The notes beneath the pieces are model-generated. The model was not told the origin of the DNA and did not search any database. It saw nothing but the letters and a program-made list of their open reading frames with translations. Below, piece by piece: positions 35,290 to 36,981 of a DNA stretch of 36,981 bases (its first letter is position 1; each line of letters opens with the position of its first letter). The DNA lies in the NCBI GenBank assembly GCA_002424295.1, contig DIQY01000139.1, positions 1 through 36,981 of the forward strand. Reading direction: 5' to 3'. This stretch comes from Ruminococcaceae bacterium UBA5450. Lineage in GTDB: Bacteria > Bacillota > Clostridia > Oscillospirales > Acutalibacteraceae. Position numbers and translations under genes: made by a program.

Positions 35290-36981
35290 ATGGACAAGCG
35301 CTCAAAGAGATGCGATTGAAGCGCGCGGCGGGCCGCTTCTAGTATCCGCGGCAGCCGGTTCTGGAAAGACGGCGGTCTTGGTAGAGCGGGTGATCAAAAG
35401 AATCACCGATCCTAAAAATCCGATTGATGCCGATCGCCTTCTGGTTGTTACTTATACAAAGGCAGCGGCTGCCGAAATGCGCGGGCGAATTGCAGACAAG
35501 CTTTCGGAACTTCTGGAAGAGGAACCGGACAGCCTTTTTCTGCAAAGACAGCAGCTGCTTTTATCAAGAGCACATATCAGTACCGTACATAGCTTTTGTC
35601 AGGAACTTTTGCGGGAACATTTTTCTGCAGTGGGAATTTCACCGGATTTTCGGATTGCAGATGAAAGTGAACTCTCGGTTTTGCAGAATGAAACATTGGA
35701 TCGGGTCCTCGATTCATTCTACGAAAAAAATGATGCTGTCTTTTATCAGCTGTTGGATGCATTTTCAGCTGGGCGGGATGACCACCTGCTCCGAAATATT
35801 CTTTTTAAACTATATGATTTTGTACGCAGTCACCCGTTTCCATCTCGTTGGCTGCGGGAAAAAGCAGCCATGTATGACTGCCAAAATATCAGGCAGTCGG
35901 TTTGGGGAGACGTAATTATCCAATTCGCACAGCGGACGTTTTCCTATGCGATTTCGATAACACAGCATTCTATGAGGCTTTTAGAGTCAGCAGATGAGAA
36001 ACTGGGAGCTGCTTCCATGCCGGCTTTTTTGTCGGATCGAGAAATGCTGGAGGCCCTTCTCAAAAGCCTTCAAAATGATTCTTGGGATGGCTTTTCTCAG
36101 AAAATTCAAACGGTTTCTTTTGAGCGCCTTTCCACTCCGAGGGGGTATTCCGATGATTCTATTAAAATTGCGGTGGCGGAAAATCGGAAAGAAGTAAAAT
36201 CCGGAATTGAAGATTTAAAAGCAATTTTTGCACCGTCGGAGGCCGAATGTCTGGAAGATTTGCAGGCGCTAAAACCGCTTGTCGAGAAATTGTTTTCCAT
36301 TTTGGAAGAGTTTCATACGGTGCTGCAGCAGAAAAAAGCAGAACGAAAAATCGCTGATTTTGGAGACATGGAGCATTGGGCATTGCAGCTTTTGGTCGAG
36401 GAGACGTCGGAAGGCTATCAAAAGACACCTGCTGCCGAAGAAATTTCCAACCAGTTCGATGAGATTATGGTGGACGAATATCAGGATACAAATGAAACGC
36501 AGGATCTGATTTTTCGTGCCGTTTCCAAAGATGAGACGAATCTTTTTATGGTGGGGGATGTCAAACAGAGTATCTATAGCTTTCGTCAGGCAATGCCCGA
36601 ACTGTTCCTTCGCCGACGGGAAAAAAGTGCCGAATATCATAGAGATCATGCGCAGTTTCCCGCGTGTATCACGTTAGACCGTAATTTTCGCAGCCGTTTT
36701 GGCATTACGGAATCGGTCAATTTCTTTTTCCGTCAGCTGATGAGTCGGGAAGTTGGACAGATGGAATATACCGAAAAAGAATCTTTGGTTTGTGGAGCAG
36801 AGTATCCGGAAATAGAGGATTCTGCGTTGGAACTAGATGTTCTGCAATATTCTGCCGAAGAAACAGATCATTTTCTGGAGGCAGAATGCCGACGGATTGC
36901 AGAGAAAATTTTTGAATGGACCGCGACAAACTCGGTAACCGAAAATGGGCAGACGCGGCCTGCACAATATCGGGAAATCTG
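35279..36981 (+). CDS. addA: ATP-dependent helicase/nuclease subunit A, 5' part, runs off the window
   Basis: Own translation from ATG 35279: MKREWTSAQRDAI...LVSAAAGSGKTAVLVER...LVVTYTKAAAAEM. EIMVDEYQDTN (from 36461) and VGDVKQSIYSFRQA are in the same frame. Overlaps the addB stop by 11 nt. Confidence 0.96.
   Translation, partial: MKREWTSAQRDAIEARGGPLLVSAAAGSGKTAVLVERVIKRITDPKNPIDADRLLVVTYTKAAAAEMRGRIADKLSELLEEEPDSLFLQRQQLLLSRAHISTVHSFCQELLREHFSAVGISPDFRIADESELSVLQNETLDRVLDSFYEKNDAVFYQLLDAFSAGRDDHLLRNILFKLYDFVRSHPFPSRWLREKAAMYDCQNIRQSVWGDVIIQFAQRTFSYAISITQHSMRLLESADEKLGAASMPAFLSDREMLEALLKSLQNDSWDGFSQKIQTVSFERLSTPRGYSDDSIKIAVAENRKEVKSGIEDLKAIFAPSEAECLEDLQALKPLVEKLFSILEEFHTVLQQKKAERKIADFGDMEHWALQLLVEETSEGYQKTPAAEEISNQFDEIMVDEYQDTNETQDLIFRAVSKDETNLFMVGDVKQSIYSFRQAMPELFLRRREKSAEYHRDHAQFPACITLDRNFRSRFGITESVNFFFRQLMSREVGQMEYTEKESLVCGAEYPEIEDSALELDVLQYSAEETDHFLEAECRRIAEKIFEWTATNSVTENGQTRPAQYREI

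Noticed and set aside
35424-35915. 163-aa plus-strand ORF after addB
   Set aside because: Out-of-frame overlap with the true addA frame starting at 35279.
1-36981. CRISPR arrays, IS elements, prophage, tRNA/rRNA or defence systems
   Set aside because: No repeat-spacer periodicity, transposase or phage genes seen. The AddB nuclease and Fe-S motifs resemble Cas4 but belong to ordinary AddAB. The palindromes are dissimilar terminators, not a repeat family.

Overview
This window is core chromosome from a low-GC, spore-forming Firmicute. Gene content and style suggest a Clostridia member such as Oscillospiraceae, but that placement is inference. Gene order: Na/Pi-cotransporter with PhoU-like tail, LURP-one-like protein, MgtC-family protein, T-box-controlled valS-folC, cysK, AEC-family transporter, NagZ-type GH3 lipoprotein, a coupled pair of uncharacterised flavoproteins, an L-2-hydroxyacid dehydrogenase plus acyl-CoA thioesterase pair, a stand-alone AbrB-fold regulator, a YdcZ-like DMT transporter, a complete 9-gene V/A-type ATPase operon (H/G-C-I-K-F-E-A-B-D), an ACT + UPF0210 (PFL-like) pair, a PHP/HisJ phosphatase, Lrp + class I/II aminotransferase, ispE, spoIIR, addB and the 5' part of addA (absent from the ORF track because it has no stop in the window). 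I found no mobile element, CRISPR array, rRNA/tRNA or defence island, and no clearly new system. The best leads are moderate: the V/A-ATPase c subunit with an extended leader and no Na+ signature, the structured repeat-containing leader of that operon, the HicDH-like dehydrogenase coupled to a thioesterase, and two function-unknown gene pairs. All protein family calls come from motif recognition by eye, not database searches.
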